Assembly: GCF_009914755.1 (NCBI RefSeq)
Contig: NC_060932.1
Length of the DNA stretch: 64,000 nucleotides
Direction: 5' to 3' (one strand)
Source: the human T2T-CHM13v2.0 reference genome, Homo sapiens
Made by a program: the position numbers and the translations under genes. The notes under the pieces were generated by a model. That model was given only the letters and a program-made list of their open reading frames with translations, did not search any database and was not told where the DNA came from. Positions 44,972 to 61,940 of this stretch are shown piece by piece (the stretch's first letter is position 1; every line of letters starts with the position of its first letter).

Positions 44972-45914
44972 ATGAGCCAAGGTCTTGAGTAAACATCAGA
45001 GTAAAATATACAAATGTCAACAATCACATAAGGTGCTCAATGTCATCAGTTACTCCGAAAATGCAAATCAAAATCAAAATGACATATCACTCTGATGTGT
45101 GACTTCACACCCATCAGAATGTATTTTTTTTTTAAAGGAAAATGTTGGTGCGGATGTGAAGAAAATGAAGCTCTCATACGTTGTGGGAATTTAAAATGAA
45201 TTGGCCACTTTGGAAACAAATTAGTAGTTCTTTAATGAATTAAACGGACTTACCATATGACACTGCAGTTCCACTTAGGTATATATCCAAAATAAGGGAA
45301 AATAGGTGTTTAAACAAAACTTGCACAAATGTTCATATCACTATTCACAATTGCCAACAGGGAAGACAACCCAGATGTTCATCAGCTGAGGAGTGGATAA
45401 ACAAAATTGATATATCCATGCATTAGAATGTTATTTACCCATAAAAAAGTTATGAAGTACTGTTACATCCTGCAGCATGAGTGAACTTTGAAAACAAGTG
45501 AAAGATGCCAGATACGAAAAGCCACATAGTATATCATTCCTTTTATATGAAATGCCCAGAACAGAAAAACTCCTACACAAAAAGCAGATGCGTGGTTGCC
45601 AGGGGTTGGATGAGGGGTAGGATGGGGAGTGACTATTTAGTGGCTTGAGGGTTATTTTAGGGGTGATGAAAATATTCTGGAGAGTGATGATGATTGCATA
45701 ATATTGTGAATGTACTTCATGCTACTCAATTATACGTATTAAGTTTAAAATGATTAATTTTATGCTACCTGCATTTTATCACCACCACAATACAAATTGT
45801 GCATACAGCTATATAAAGGTATTTTAACAACCTACTAATGCTATTCAAGAAGACATGGTTCTCTTATCCGGACTTCAGTGTCCCAGTTAGCCTTGTCATG
45901 ACCAAAAATATTTA

Positions 45915-46083
45915 CATGTATGTACATATATATATACAGACACATATATATATATATATACATATACACACACATATACATATATACACACATAAATACA
46001 TATATACACACACATATATACATATATATACACACACAAACATATATAACTATATATTACACTATATATATATATATATATAT
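45915..46083. repeat. Compound (TA)n/(CA)n simple repeat
   Basis: Visible alternating purine-pyrimidine tract. Confidence 0.95.
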
Positions 46084-49000
46084 CTTCCGTAATAAAAAGG
46101 CACCATTTAATTCTTTTAAGAGAAGGAGCCATTGCACCTGAATGGATTCTTTTTCCTGTTGTGCCTTTATATAGGAGCAAGATGCTTATTAGTGTGGAAA
46201 GCAAGAGAAAATGGACAGAGAACAAGATATTCAAACCAATGCAGAAAAAGGAAACATTTAATATTTAAATAATGGGGATGAGGTTAATAATTTCTCAATT
46301 CCTAAATTTTACTGTATAGTTTGACTGTAGAAAAGATGTGTTCATCTAATTCACTATTCTCCAAATACAGAATAGTTTCTCTATGATAAAGCACTGGCAT
46401 CTTATCATGACGGAGAGGGTAGTAGCCTTGAATGATGTTTTAACTGGTAATTGCTTTTATATCAAACACTTTTCAGCTGATTATGAACAAGATTCAGCCT
46501 AATTTTAAAGCTAAAATTAAAAATACGTGGGGCCTCAGTTTTACCTATAAACATGTAATGAAAAGGTGTTTTTATTTTTTTCCTGTGGCCTCTCAAGGAA
46601 GAAATGATTCTATCTTTAACACGTTTTTATTTATTTTATGAATGGGCAAATATCCTAACAAAAAGAAACACACGTCTTACCATTCATCTTGGGAGAGAAG
46701 GCTATTGCTTGATAACTAAGGAATACTATTTTTGAAGCACCTTTACAGTACTTGACATGTCAGTTATGTTTTCAATGTTCAGCCCTATGTCAGCCTGCAG
46801 GAATTTCTCATCTGCCCATGTCTGTCTATTCATATTGGTAAGTTTCAGCACAGCCCTCTTTAAAACTTCATTGTGTTACTAATATTTAATTTTTAAGTTT
46901 TAAAATCTAGCACTTCTGTGCTAGATCCTCGAATCAATTTTTACATTCTTTTGAAATTTATAGTAATATTTTTGCCTCATCCCTATACTCAATAATTGGC
47001 AGTGAGCTATATTATCACTTAAGTAACTTTATTACCAATTGTGCTATATTCTACCATCACAAAGTATTCTTTTAAGGCATTCTTCAGATACTGTCATTTT
47101 CATTGGTGTCTTCCAGAACGATTCTATAAAAACTCTGTAAGATTAGCCCTTTTACTGTTATGTGAAAGAAACAGGGTAACATGATGGGCAAAAAACTTGA
47201 GACTGAAATTTTACGTGTAACACTGTCATGTGTTCATTCAAAAAAAAATAATTTAACTTCTGTGTGTTGCTATCTCTGCCTTTAAAATACAGTAGTGGTG
47301 CCGTATCTCATGTAGACAGGTTGTGAAATCCAAAAAATGTATTTTACATGTTCTCGGTTTTTAAGTCTTACAAGGTTCTTTTCCAGCTAGAATCTTCTTT
47401 GAAGAACAGGAAACAAAGAAGACTTTTCCTGGCCTCCTCTTAGACTCTGGAGTAGGGTAACTAAAAGATAAATCAGCTACTTCTTAAAATTTCCAACTTC
47501 CAATCATATCAAGAATAACATTTCAAACAAAGCATACCAATGAAAATTCAAGGTATCTTGTAACTTCCCCCCCACCTTTTCGGGAGCTGGGAGGGGTTAC
47601 CAAGCTGTTCCCAAAGCTGAAGGAAAAGAAGGCATAGTGTGCCTCAGCAACTTTCCTGAGCTCCGTATTTCCTTGACTGCAGTTTGTGTTACCTATAAAG
47701 GGAGATTTATCATATCTTGGTGCCAAAGCTCAAAAATTACTGGGTAAAATATATACATCCCCATGTATGCTGCTTAAATACACACATGAACATATAATTC
47801 AAATTTTCACTGTGCTATATTTAAGTAGGTAAGACAAGAAAGACAAAATCTCTGAATTGAAGCAGATATGAAGCATATAAATGATAGTACTTCCTTTTTA
47901 TTTAGTGCCTTTACTTTTTGAAATTTTTGCACGTAATTTTATTTCATCCTGACAACTTTAAATAGTTCATAAGACAAGTATACACTTTATAAATGTCTAA
48001 GACACAGAGAGGCAAAGGTAAATGCTTAAAGGTTGTTGGACTATAATGGCAATTAGCTAACTTCCTGAATTATCTCCTTTACAGGAATTCCCTTTTAAAA
48101 TATTATATACAGATATATACAGACACACACAAGAAGTATATATTCATAAATATTCTTAAAAATTAAGGTTATCAATATGAAGTGTGTCAGTCCCTTGGAG
48201 GAATTAGTTTAACTTCGTTGTAGATGGACCAGATTTGAAATGAGCAAAAAGTCTATGCCTAAATTTTTCAAATAAAAAGAGCATTGAAAAACATCTTGAT
48301 TTCCCTCTCCTTGCCCCCTACCAATCCTAGTAGGATTGTGCTTTCAATCAGAGACTCTGCCTTCAATCTGAGTGACATCAGACTCAGAGCCCACACTTTA
48401 AGGCAAAAAAAAAAAAACCAAAAAACAAACCACCACCGGCTAATATCACCCTTGTTTCCAACTAATTAGGAATTACTTCTTAAGTACCAAAGTTGCCTCT
48501 CCCACCTGATTTCCATAAAGACCTGATTTACTACACTTATTCTGAAAACTGTAATTCATACTAACGTAATCTGACTGATGAGGTGAGAGTATTACCAGTA
48601 CTGAAAAACATTTTCCCAATTACAGTTTACTTTTAGGGTCCTGGGAAAAACAGACAAGGAGACAAAACAGAAATCTCTGGGCTCTTAATATTAGTTGTTA
48701 TTGACTAATCAGCATCTGCTATGCCTGGGGACTAAATTCAAGCCTGACTCACAGAAGAAAACTATTAATGATTTTTTTTTTAATACAAGCATCTTTTCTC
48801 TTTTAGCTGCTTCCCACATTTATCATCACCATGCGAACACAATATAAAAGCAGCCAGTATTATTAGGTAACACAGTAAGTTTTCTCACCCCTTTCTCTTC
48901 CAAGTAGGCAGGGCCATAATTCATGATTCTTTATGTATCACTTAGAATCCCTGTTTACCTAGATTTTTATGCCAAACAGGGAAAGTGTAAATTTCCAAAT

Positions 49001-49550
49001 CTGCTTTTCCCAAAAACATACCTTTTCCTTAGAGAAAGGGCCCTATTACTGGCCACAAAAGGAATTTCCTCCAAAATTAACATCCTTAGGCTACTGTGAC
49101 TATCTGGGAATGAAAGTTACACCAAGAAACTCTTTATGCAAATCATTCAGACTTGAGTTAGATACAGAACAATGACTACAGATGAGGCACTTAGAGTTTT
49201 CTGTCCTTCTGAGTTTACGTTAATTATATTTGAACATGAAACCCAAAAGGCTATTTAATTCACAATAATATCACTTCTACACAAGCTTTACTTTAGTAAT
49301 TCCTCAGCACTAGGACTGGAGTTGGAATAGTCTATTTCAGTTACGTTCACATACATCCTGGGTAAGTACTAGAAGCAGGCCACCCTCGAATGTTTTCTTT
49401 TTTTTTTTTTTTTTCACGTTACTTCTAGTAAAAGAGTAAGTATATTCCACTTTAGGTTATCCAGAGAGAAATACTGTCGCCAGTAGTATCGGGGAAACCC
49501 CATGTATCTCCAACAAGGGAAACCAGGACCTTGGATAGAAACTATATGAT

Positions 49551-49661
49551 TGGGGTCTCGCTTTGTTGCCCAGGCTAGTCTTGAACTCCTACCATGTAGC
49601 AGTCCTCCCACCTGGGCTTCCCATAGTGCTGATATTACAAGCATGAGCCACTGTGCCCAGC
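49551..49661 (-). mobile_element. Free left Alu monomer (FLAM_C-like)
   Basis: The reverse complement reads ggctgggcacagtggctcatgc...agcctgggcaacaaagcgagacccca with no right arm. Confidence 0.85.
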
Positions 49662-50074
49662 CCACATATGCACTTTTATAAAAAATAAAAATTATCCAAA
49701 AATATCCTTTAACCATGTGATTAATCAAACATGAGAACTCAGGAAACAAAAAAGTACAAAAGCTGAAGGAGGGAGTATTGACACCACTGTAATATGGAAG
49801 CTGTCTAAACGTCGTCACACTGCTAATTAAGACAACATAATTTAAAATTTCAGTAAGTACTTTAAAAACTTCAGTAATTACAATATTAATATGTTCTTAC
49901 AATTTACATCGATAATTACTGAAAAGAGGAAGAGTAAAAATGTAACATATGCCTAGCATTTGATTAAAAGAGTATCAAAAGTTAGTCTTTTTAATTGCGT
50001 GTTTTTAAAAAGATCAGCTATTTTTGGTAAGCATAAAAGTCATCATTATATGTTTTACCATAATCTGTAAATCC

Positions 50075-50290
50075 AGATTCCTAGAGGAAACTCAACATCT
50101 ACCTCTGATTGTAACTCTCACCAAACTAGGCAGAAGGGAACTAATAAAGGGCAACTACAGAAACGCTATAGTCTGTGTCATACTTAATGGTGAAAGCCTT
50201 AATGCTTGCGTTCCTGCTAAGATCAGAAACAAAACGAGCGGTCTTTCTCACCATTTATATTCAACACTGTACTGAAGATTCTGGAAAGTG
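50075..50290 (+). mobile_element. Old L1M ORF2 fragment
   Basis: catacttaatggtgaaag ... ctaagatcagaaacaa ... tattcaacactgtactgaag. Confidence 0.7.
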
Positions 50291-52149
50291 AAACATAATT
50301 TGAATTCTGTTTTCTTCATCCTCTTGCCTTACACCAAACTAGCAATGTGTTATGCCATTCAGAAAATGAATAATATGGTGATGTCAGCAACATGGTAAAA
50401 TAGGAGGCTCCTGACTTCACTCACACAGATGCACCAAATAAACATATGTTCATGAGTCAGTTCCCTTTCAGAGAAAATCAGGAATTCAAAGATTCTGATG
50501 AACTGGGCAACTAAGAATATCAACCTTAAATGGGTAGGCAAAGCTGAGGCACACTTGGGCATGGACCCCACCCCAGGTACTGCACAATACAGTTGGAAAG
50601 GAATTCCTAACATACAGCTGTTCCCTGAGGGGAGGAGAGTTTGGGCCACACATACAGTGTCCTAACTCAAAGGTTCCCCATGGTTTGGCTCTTGATTCAT
50701 CAACTTGGAACAAAGGGGACTAGGCATACACAAGAGTCTCTAGACCACAGAAAAAAAAGTGCAGTTTTGTATGGACACACAAACACTTGCAGGGGCTTCA
50801 TTCCTGGGAATAGGGCAGAGAAAACTCAAATATTCCCAGTTGTTCTGGAAGGCACTTGCCAGCATACTCTGCCGCCTGTTGCTGCTGACCATTAGCTTCT
50901 GACTAGTCTGCATCAGAGAGCTAATGTGGCCAACTAGCCTTAGACTTCCAGCAGCCCGAGTAGGACCTGGGCACTTTCTCATCCCTCTTCCCTGGCTCAC
51001 CCCAGCAATAACTTCAGGTCTACTGTTTCCTCCTGGAAGAAGTTTGTGTGGGCAATGAGCACCCCAGCTTTTTACAGCTACCACCTGAGGGGCTAGCTGC
51101 ATGCTAAATCTCCTAGCTCTAGGAGCAGGGGAAACTGAGAATATGTAAGTTTCCCTAAGTGAGAAAGTGAAAAGATAGAGGGTATGCAACCATTTCCAAA
51201 GGCTGTATCCTTGGGAATAGAATAGAGAAGAGGCTAAAGAGCAAAGCTCCTTGTTTTACCCCAGTAGGGAGTTAAAGCACAGTCTTCCTGTGGCTACTTA
51301 ATGGCCTGGCTTCTAACTAACTTGTATCAGGTAGTTAAAGGGACAGACAAACAGAAGCCCTCCAGCAGCCTGAGCAGGAGCTTAGCACTTCCTGAGTGTT
51401 CTTTCCCAGGTTGCCCCAGCGATGTAGATCCAGGTCTGCCCATTTTTCCTGGAAGGAAGGGTGCTGTCTGAGCACAGGTGCAGGCATATGCCACAGTTCC
51501 TCTCCCAAGCTGGGTGCAGAGAGAATGGAAATAAATCACTCACTCTCGGCTTCATGATGGGGATACAAGGAAGTGGAACCCCAACCTTTCCAAATGCATC
51601 CAATAGGTCTGGCTCTTACCTTACCTGTCTCATTGTACTGAGAGCATATGGTATATCCTAATCTTCTGGGGCCCACGTAAAACAAACACAGCAGTTTGGA
51701 CAAACAATGAAGAGACCCACACTGAGATATAACACAATTAAACTGTCAAAAGGTAAAGAGGGAACTTTGAAGGCAGCAAGGGAAAAGCAACTTGTTACAT
51801 ACAAGACAGTCAATAAGACCATCAGTGGCTTTTTCAACAGAAACCTTGCAGGCCAGAAGGAAGTGGGATGATAAAAGAAAAAAATTCAGAAAGAAAAAAA
51901 GAAAATGGAATCAGAATAGACCAATAATGAGCCAAGAGATTGAAATAGTAATAAAAAGTCTTCCATCACAGAAAAGCCCAACACAAGATAGCTTCACTGG
52001 TGAATTCCATGAAACGTTCAAAGAATTAATACCAACCCTTCTAAACTTCCAAAAAACTGAAGAGGAAATAATGCTTCCAAACTCATCTTATGAGGCCAGA
52101 ATCACTCTGATACCAAAGCCAAACAAAGCTACTATAAGAAAAGAAAACT

Positions 52150-52790
<641 letters not shown>

Positions 52791-55409
52791 AATACTAGCA
52801 AAGTGAATATACTCATATATTAAACATTATTCACCATCAAGTGGGATTCACTTCTGGGATGCAATGATGGCTCAACAACATGCACAAATCCATAAATATA
52901 ATTCACCATATTAACAGAACAAAGGAAAACAATAATTTGATTAATCTCAATAGATGTACTAAAACCATTTGACAGAATTCAACATCCTGTCATGATAAAA
53001 ACTCTCATCAAATTACTTACAGAAAGAATGTTCCTCAACAAAATAAAAGCCATGTATGACAAGCCAAAAGCTAACATCTGAATGGTGAAAAGTTCAAAGC
53101 TTTTTCTCTAAGAAACAAGACCAAGATGTCTACTCTCACCACGTGTATTCAACATAATCCTGGAAGTTCTAGCCAGAGTAATGAGTCAAAATAAACAAAA
53201 GATGTTCAAATTGAAAAGGAAGAGCGAATTGTGTCTCTGGTAACATGATGTGATAAAAAAAATACTAAAGACTCCACCAAAAAAACCATTATAACTAATA
53301 AATTTTGTGAAGTTGTAGGATATATATCAATATACAAAAATCACCATTTCCATACACTAACAATGAACTATCTGAAAAAGATTAAGAGAACAATTCCACT
53401 TACAATAGCATTTAAAAAGTATAATACTTAGGAGTAAATTTAACCAATGTGGTGAAAGATCTGTTTACTGAAAACTATAAAATATTAGTGAAAAAAATGA
53501 AGGTAGCCCAAATAAATAGAAATGTATCCCATGTTCATGGATTGGAAGAATGTGGTTAAAATGTTCATACTGTCCAAAGTGTGACATTTTTTAATGTGTT
53601 ATCCACTAACAGATTTGACGCAATCCCTATCAAAATTCCAGTGTCATTTTTCACAGAAATAGAAAAACAAATCCTAAAATGTATATGGAAGCACAGAAAA
53701 TCCTAAATAGCTGAAGCAATCATGAGCAAAAAGAACAAAGCTGGAGGCATCACACTACATCATTTCAAAATATATTACAAAGCTATGGTATTCAAAACAA
53801 CATGGTACTGGCATAAAAACAGACACATTGACCAATGGAATAGGATACAGACTCTAGAAAAAAACCCAAGTTATCTATGGTCAATTGATTTTTGACAAAA
53901 GTGTCAAGAACACACAATAGAGAAAGGACAATCTTTTTAATAAATGGTGTTGGGGAAACTATAGAGGAATGAATTTGAAGTTGTATTTCATTCCTTATGC
54001 AAAAATCAATTCAAAATGGATTAAACATAAGACCAGAAGCTGTAGAACTACAAGAAGAAAACAAAGGAGAAAAAGCTTCATGGCATTGGTCTGGGCAGTA
54101 ATTTCTTGGATATAACTCCAACAGGACAGGCAACAAAAGCAAAAATCTGCAAATGGGATTACGTGAAACAAAATCTTCTGCATAGCAAAAGAAGCAGTGG
54201 AATGAAGAGAACGCACAGATGGGGAGAAAATGTTAGCAAATTATGCATCAGATAAAGTGCTAACAGACAAAATATATAAGTAACTCAAACTACTCAATAA
54301 TAAGAAAATAAATAACACTATTTTAAAAATGGGCAATGGACCCGAGTAGACATTTCACAAAAGAATACATATAAAAGGCCAGATATATGAAAAAATGCTC
54401 GACAACACTAATAATCATGGATGTACAAATTAAAACCATGAGATACGACCTCACAACCATTAGATTGCCTATGATTTTTAAACAATGAAAAAGTAAGTGA
54501 TGGTGAGGATGTGGAGAAAAGGGAACTCTTGTACAGTATCTGCTGAGAATGTACATCAGTACAGCCATTTTAGAAAACAATGTGAAGGTTCCTCAAAACA
54601 CTAAAAATAGATTATCCAGCACTCCTACTTGTGAGATTGAAAATAAAATGTGGAAAAACAGGATGTCCAACAAATTTGAAACTGTGTATTAAATGACTGC
54701 ACTCCCATGTTCATTGCAGCATTATTCACAATAGCCAAGATATGAAAAAATTGAAGTGCCCATCATGAATGAATGGATTCGAAAAATGTTATGTGTATGT
54801 GTGTGTGTGTGTGTGTGTGCATATATATATATACATATGTGTGTGTGTATGCACACACACACACCGTGGAATACCATTTAGCCTTTAAAAAGTAGGAAAT
54901 TCTATCATTTGCAACAACAGAGATGAATCTAGAGGACATTATGCTAAGTGAAATTAGCCAGGCAGAGAAAGACAAATACTGCATGATTTCACTTACATGT
55001 GAAATATAGAAGAGTCAAACCCATCGAAGCAGAGAATGGAATGATGGCTACCAGAGGCTGAGGAGAGGAGAGGCAAAGGAGAGATGATAGTCAAAGGGTA
55101 CAGTTTTAGTTAGGAAAAGTAAGTTCTGGTTACCTATTGCACAGCAACTACAGTCAATAACAATGTATTGTGTATTTTTAAAATTTGCTAAAAGAGTAGA
55201 TTTTAAATATTCTCATTACAAAGAAATAAGTATGTGAGATGATGGATGTATTAGGCCAGTTTGATCATGCCACAATACATACATGTACAGAAACATGACA
55301 TTGTACCTAATATATATATATATATACACACAATTATTTTTCAATTAAAAATGCATTTTTTTAAAAGAAGAAAAAAGGATAATGTGTTAATCCACTAAAG
55401 AATGAATTT

Positions 55410-55535
55410 CTAACATATTAGGTACAGTGCACACTGCTTGGGTGATGGGTACACTAAAATCTCAGAAATCACCACTGAAGATATCCATGTAACCAGTACG
55501 ACCCGTACCTCCACAACTACTGAAATTTTAAAAAG
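55410..55535 (+). mobile_element. Short L1 3'-end fragment (L1PB/L1MA-type)
   Basis: ggtacagtgcacactgcttgggtgatgggtacactaaaatctcagaaatcaccact. Confidence 0.75.
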
Positions 55536-56965
55536 AAGATCTATTACCTATATAGAAAGAAACTGTAAATTAAGAGACTAATAAAAATCTTCTTCACTTT
55601 TGTAACTCACCCACATATTGGTACAACCAATACATTGCTAAGTCAAGATAGAAATGATAAGGTTCCTTTGCTTTTAGGTCTTAGCCTAGATATCTTTAAA
55701 ATATAAGCATTATCATATTAAAAGTACATTAATTATTGTGGACACTTTTTTCATTCCTTTTTTTTTTTTTCTATTCAGTCACCATTTAACCTTTCTTGAA
55801 CTACCATCCTGACCTTCTTTGGAAAACAGCCCTCTGAGACTCTCAGGACAGGGGGGAGTTGGGGGACGTTATTCCTTGTTTTAGAGATAAGTAAATTGAA
55901 AACTGCGCAATCTGAGCACTGCAACACCTCTCCACTCCCTTACCTCCAACCATGCCCCTGCCTCCTACACACGCACTGATTATTTAAAGAGATGGACAAT
56001 AAGGTTATTAATGGGCCTCACGTGGAGCTCTGCAATCTAGAACGCCTGGTAGTACAGAATAGATGCCTAACATATCACGAAGCATTCTAGCTACCATAAT
56101 GAGCTAACGTGCCAGGAAATGAAAAGAGCCAAATTCAGTCCTGATCATCTAACTTATCCTCCTGGATAGAGACATTTCAGAAGTTCTATGCTGCATGGTC
56201 CAATTGCTTGTTTGAAAAAAAAGAAAAAAAGAATTTCCAACACTATTAGCTAAAATATTTAAATGTATTATATGAAAGGCAATTTAACTTAAATAGGAAT
56301 TGAGTGTTAATTCTTTATACATTCTTGAGATGTTTTAAAAATTATGTATTGTTTGTATAGTTACTCTGCCCAAAGCTAATAAATTTTGTATACAATAGAA
56401 TTTTAAACCTTTTAAATGTAAAAGATTTTTAAATCTATACTATACTCCAGTTTAAGATGGCAGACTAAGCACAAATGTTTCTCACACCTCTAAAGAGACC
56501 ACTGCAACTTCATTACATACAAGCTTGTCCCTGATAAAAGTTGAAAACAAATTGACAACTTAAACCATCTGACACTATCTCAATGAAGTAGTAAGTTATT
56601 AAATATTATCCTGAAAATTTATGTGAATTGAAAACATTCATCTAAAGGTACAGTCTGTCTCTATATAGACTACTTTTAAGGGGAAAATATTTTAATGTGT
56701 CTTTAAAATGAAAGATAAAATAATGTGGAAGCTATAAAAGAGAGAAAGTACTCAAAGGACAGTAAGAAAATTGAGAATTCTTGTTTTTCAGAAGGATTTT
56801 CAATAGCAATCATTTCTTCTCTTTTAATCTAGAACTGATCAAGGATGCAGAATAGAGAAAAAGATTGCCTGGTGCATTTCTAGTTCCCTTAGTCTTCATA
56901 CAAACACGCATGCAGGTAGGCACACTTGAAATATACAGAAAACTCATTAAAGATAGACTAGGGTG

Positions 56966-57312
<347 letters not shown>

Positions 57313-58583
57313 TCATGAACTTAATGACTTTGGGTCTGTGGTTTGCTATATTCAATGCTTTTTATGTCTTTTTAAATTTTACCCACCCTACCACACTGCT
57401 TCTGTGAGTTAATTTATAATTTTCCTCTGGGTAAAATCAGGCTGCCAATTACATCATTTTCAGAAAAATATTATTTCATTGTGTTGTTTTGTATAGAGTG
57501 TGTTAAATTCTTAGATTTCTTTCAACTTAGTTTCAAAAATAATTCCTACATGTAAACAAGCTATTTTTACAATCAGCATCATGCACACTAATTAAAGAAT
57601 GAAAATATTAATATGCTGATTAATGTTAGGTTAGAATCAATCCTTGACAATAAGACTAGGCATGGAATATAAAATGCAATGAAAATCCAAAGTACATGAT
57701 GATTTGGTCTGCATGAAATCCCGTCAACAGATTATATATTTATTCTTGATTATTGTATTTCCTGGAGTGTATGTGCATCAGTCTATTAAAAAATTTGTCA
57801 GGAAAATATATTATTTGAGGGATTTTATGATGTCAATGAAAACCTTAGAATAATAAGACCAGTACCAGTGACTTCTGTATATTTTCTCACAACAACCGAT
57901 CACTTCTTATTTCTATGATATATGGTTCCAAAAGATGAGAATTTGATGCTTTCACCACATAGGAGCTATTTCCTAGATCAAATCTTAATATGCAACAAAA
58001 ATCAATCTGACCACAGGGTATCTACTGTTAGACAACTTATTCCTCTTTATTCTAGATTGAAAGTGTCCGTGACAATATAACCTGCTTCCCAGAGGTGATA
58101 TTAAGACCGTTCACGTAATTTCTTCCCATTCTTCAAAGAATTAACATGTGCCAGGTTGAACTTTAATCACAAGCCCAGTATTTATTAAGAAATGTCATCA
58201 TTTACTACTTGGAGAGATGAATGAGGTTATGTAGTCATAACAGGTAAATTATTATTCCTCAAATATTCCTATTCTCTCTTATTTATAAAGGATAATTCTG
58301 AAGAAGTACATAACTTTCAGGGGAACATTTTCAAACTCCCTGAATGGTCTGACCTGCCCCCTGTCCCTCTGTAGTCCTTCCTTTCATGGGGATGATGAGG
58401 GCTTTAACAGACTATGGCTGTGAGGACTTTTGAAAACCAGACAAGAATATATGGGAGAAAATTCTTACTTGAAAAACATGTTTAGACCTTGACCACTAAT
58501 TAAACTAAATACTGGTTGTTTTACATTAGAATACAAGCATTCTTCCATTCTTGTGGGGGAGTTAAGTACTTATTTAAGAGTTA

Positions 58584-58881
<298 letters not shown>

Positions 58882-60161
58882 TCAAAGCTGTTTACAACAA
58901 AACTGAAGAAAATCAGATCCTCATCCAGACTGCCTACCCCGGGGCTGATGGAAACATAAAGGAAGAGTACTATCAGGTGAAAGGTTAATTTCTCTCTGCA
59001 GCCTTTTATTTAATCAGTCTCTTAGTTCAAACAGAATGTGCCAAGAATGCTGTAGGTTCTCAGGAAACAGGGCTTAATGGCACTGAGAGATGCTAACATC
59101 CTCATCATTTCACACTAAGTAGGTAAGTTGCAAAGCCACTCTCTTAGTAATGAGGGCGAGGGGCTTGAAAGAAGTTATTGCTGGTGTTTCTGCAATTCTC
59201 AGACATTTGGGGTACAAGATGAGTCTCATTGGCAGGTGTTAGATTATTAGGAAAATTAAGCAGATGGCATTGGCAAGCTACGCCTCCCCTTTCCTCAGCT
59301 GCCAGCAATTCTTACCCTCAGGCTTAGCTTCACATATGCTTGTTTAAAAGCTCTTGCCATTTCAAGGAAACAGAATCCGTGTCGTCATTCAAGCATGCCC
59401 ATGACTATGAACAAATAGCATTATCCACATTTTCCCAGAGTGTTAGGTAAAAACCTTTCTGTTTTCTGTATGTCACCCATAACCTGCCACAGTGCATTCC
59501 ACCAAGGCGGCTCATGTCACTGACTCAGAGGAACAAAGTGAGTGTATCTCAGCAGTTGCTTGCAATGTTCAGTGTACCGTAATATGGATCTGATATCCTA
59601 TGTGATCACATGATCAAGAGCAGCCAAGCCTCCAGTCTTTACAGAATGAAATCATAGAAAATAGCATTTTCAACAATGGTGTTTCATATCATCTCAACCC
59701 AGCCACTTTGGAACATTATTTTTGTTTTTTTAATTGTAGGTTCATTTATCAGCCAGTCTTAAGAGACAGCTCACAAGATTGACAGAGGATGTCATACAGA
59801 TGCCTAATTAAGGCCATTAGCATAATGAAGCCATGAAATCTTATGAATTAAAAGCATTCTGAACATTCAAATCATTCTAACAAAAAATAAACAAAATCAT
59901 ACAACCTGTGACTGTGTCAATTATATATTTGTGTATGCAGATATATATATATATAGTCAAACTACAATTCTAAATCTATTGCAATGAACAAAATTTAAAA
60001 GATGTATGAAACATTTGCCAGGAGCCAAGAACTATGAAATGCATTGGGGCTGCAATAAGAAACAGGACAGATATAGACCCTGCTCTCAATGACCTTAAAA
60101 GTAACAAGGAAAAAGAAAAGCAGATGACAATGAAAAACGGTACGGAAAGAAGACACCCAAC

Positions 60162-60955
<794 letters not shown>

Positions 60956-61789
60956 CAACCTCTACCTAGAAGGGTAGAGGTACCGGTGCAATGTTTAGTG
61001 ATAGTTGAAGGATGGTAGCAGCTTGCCAGGAAAGCACACAAATGATAGAACTGGTAAAAACTCAAACTTGAGAATCAAGGTGTATTTGAGGATATGAAAT
61101 TAATTCAATATGGCTGAGATGTCACAAGTGAGGAGAGGAGGGGGCCATAGAGGTGACTGGAAACAACTGTGCGGTTCGTATCCTGAAGGAGCCTGAAGAC
61201 TTCTCAAGGAGTAGATACTGACCCCATCAACAAGTCACTGAAGTTTTTAAGCAGGAGAGAGGCATGGTTCAATTTGCATTTCAAAAATGGCACTTACACT
61301 ACCGTATGGGGCAAGTATAGAAGAGATTGCAGTACTCAAGGCCAAAAAGTGAATGAACTAAACCCAGGGTAATGGAAATGGGGATGGAGAGAATAGAGAT
61401 TTTATCTTAGAAAAAAATTCACAATATTCCCCCACCCAAATAGTTTATGGCTGAATTACCTTCGCCAATTTGTCTGCCCTATTGTTTACCTATTTGTTAA
61501 TATAGTTGCTGATGTAATGATGAAAAAGAACCAAAGGCAAAGATAATAGGCAAACTGGGCAACCAGCCTCTTAGCGCCCCCCCCAACCCACGCACAAACA
61601 CACACACACACAGGCATCTTGAAATACGATTATCCATAGTGGAATATGATTATCCATAGTGGTAAAAAGTAGTAATCCTATCATGCACAAGATTAGTAGA
61701 GGCCCTATGAGTTGTTTTCACAGTATGTTAATTTATATGCATAGCTCTGCTCATCTGAATGTGTGGTTTACATTGCATTGTAAACTGGA

Positions 61790-61940
61790 TTAGAAATCAT
61801 CTAATCCAGTTTCTGCTTGGATGACAAGACTGGGGAGACCACTGTTTCGAGAGATACTGCTCCATCATTGGCCAGCTCTGTTAGAACTTCTCTTTTATAT
61901 TAGGCCTGATTTTCTCCCGGTAAGTTTCACATCATTGCCA
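61790..61940 (-). mobile_element. L3/CR1-like ancient LINE fragment
   Basis: ttggccagctctgttagaacttctcttttatatt resembles the L3 3' region in antisense. Confidence 0.5.

Noticed and set aside
45838-46234. Tyr/Ile/His/Thr-rich ORFs on both strands
   Set aside because: They are translations of the (TA)n/(CA)n microsatellite.
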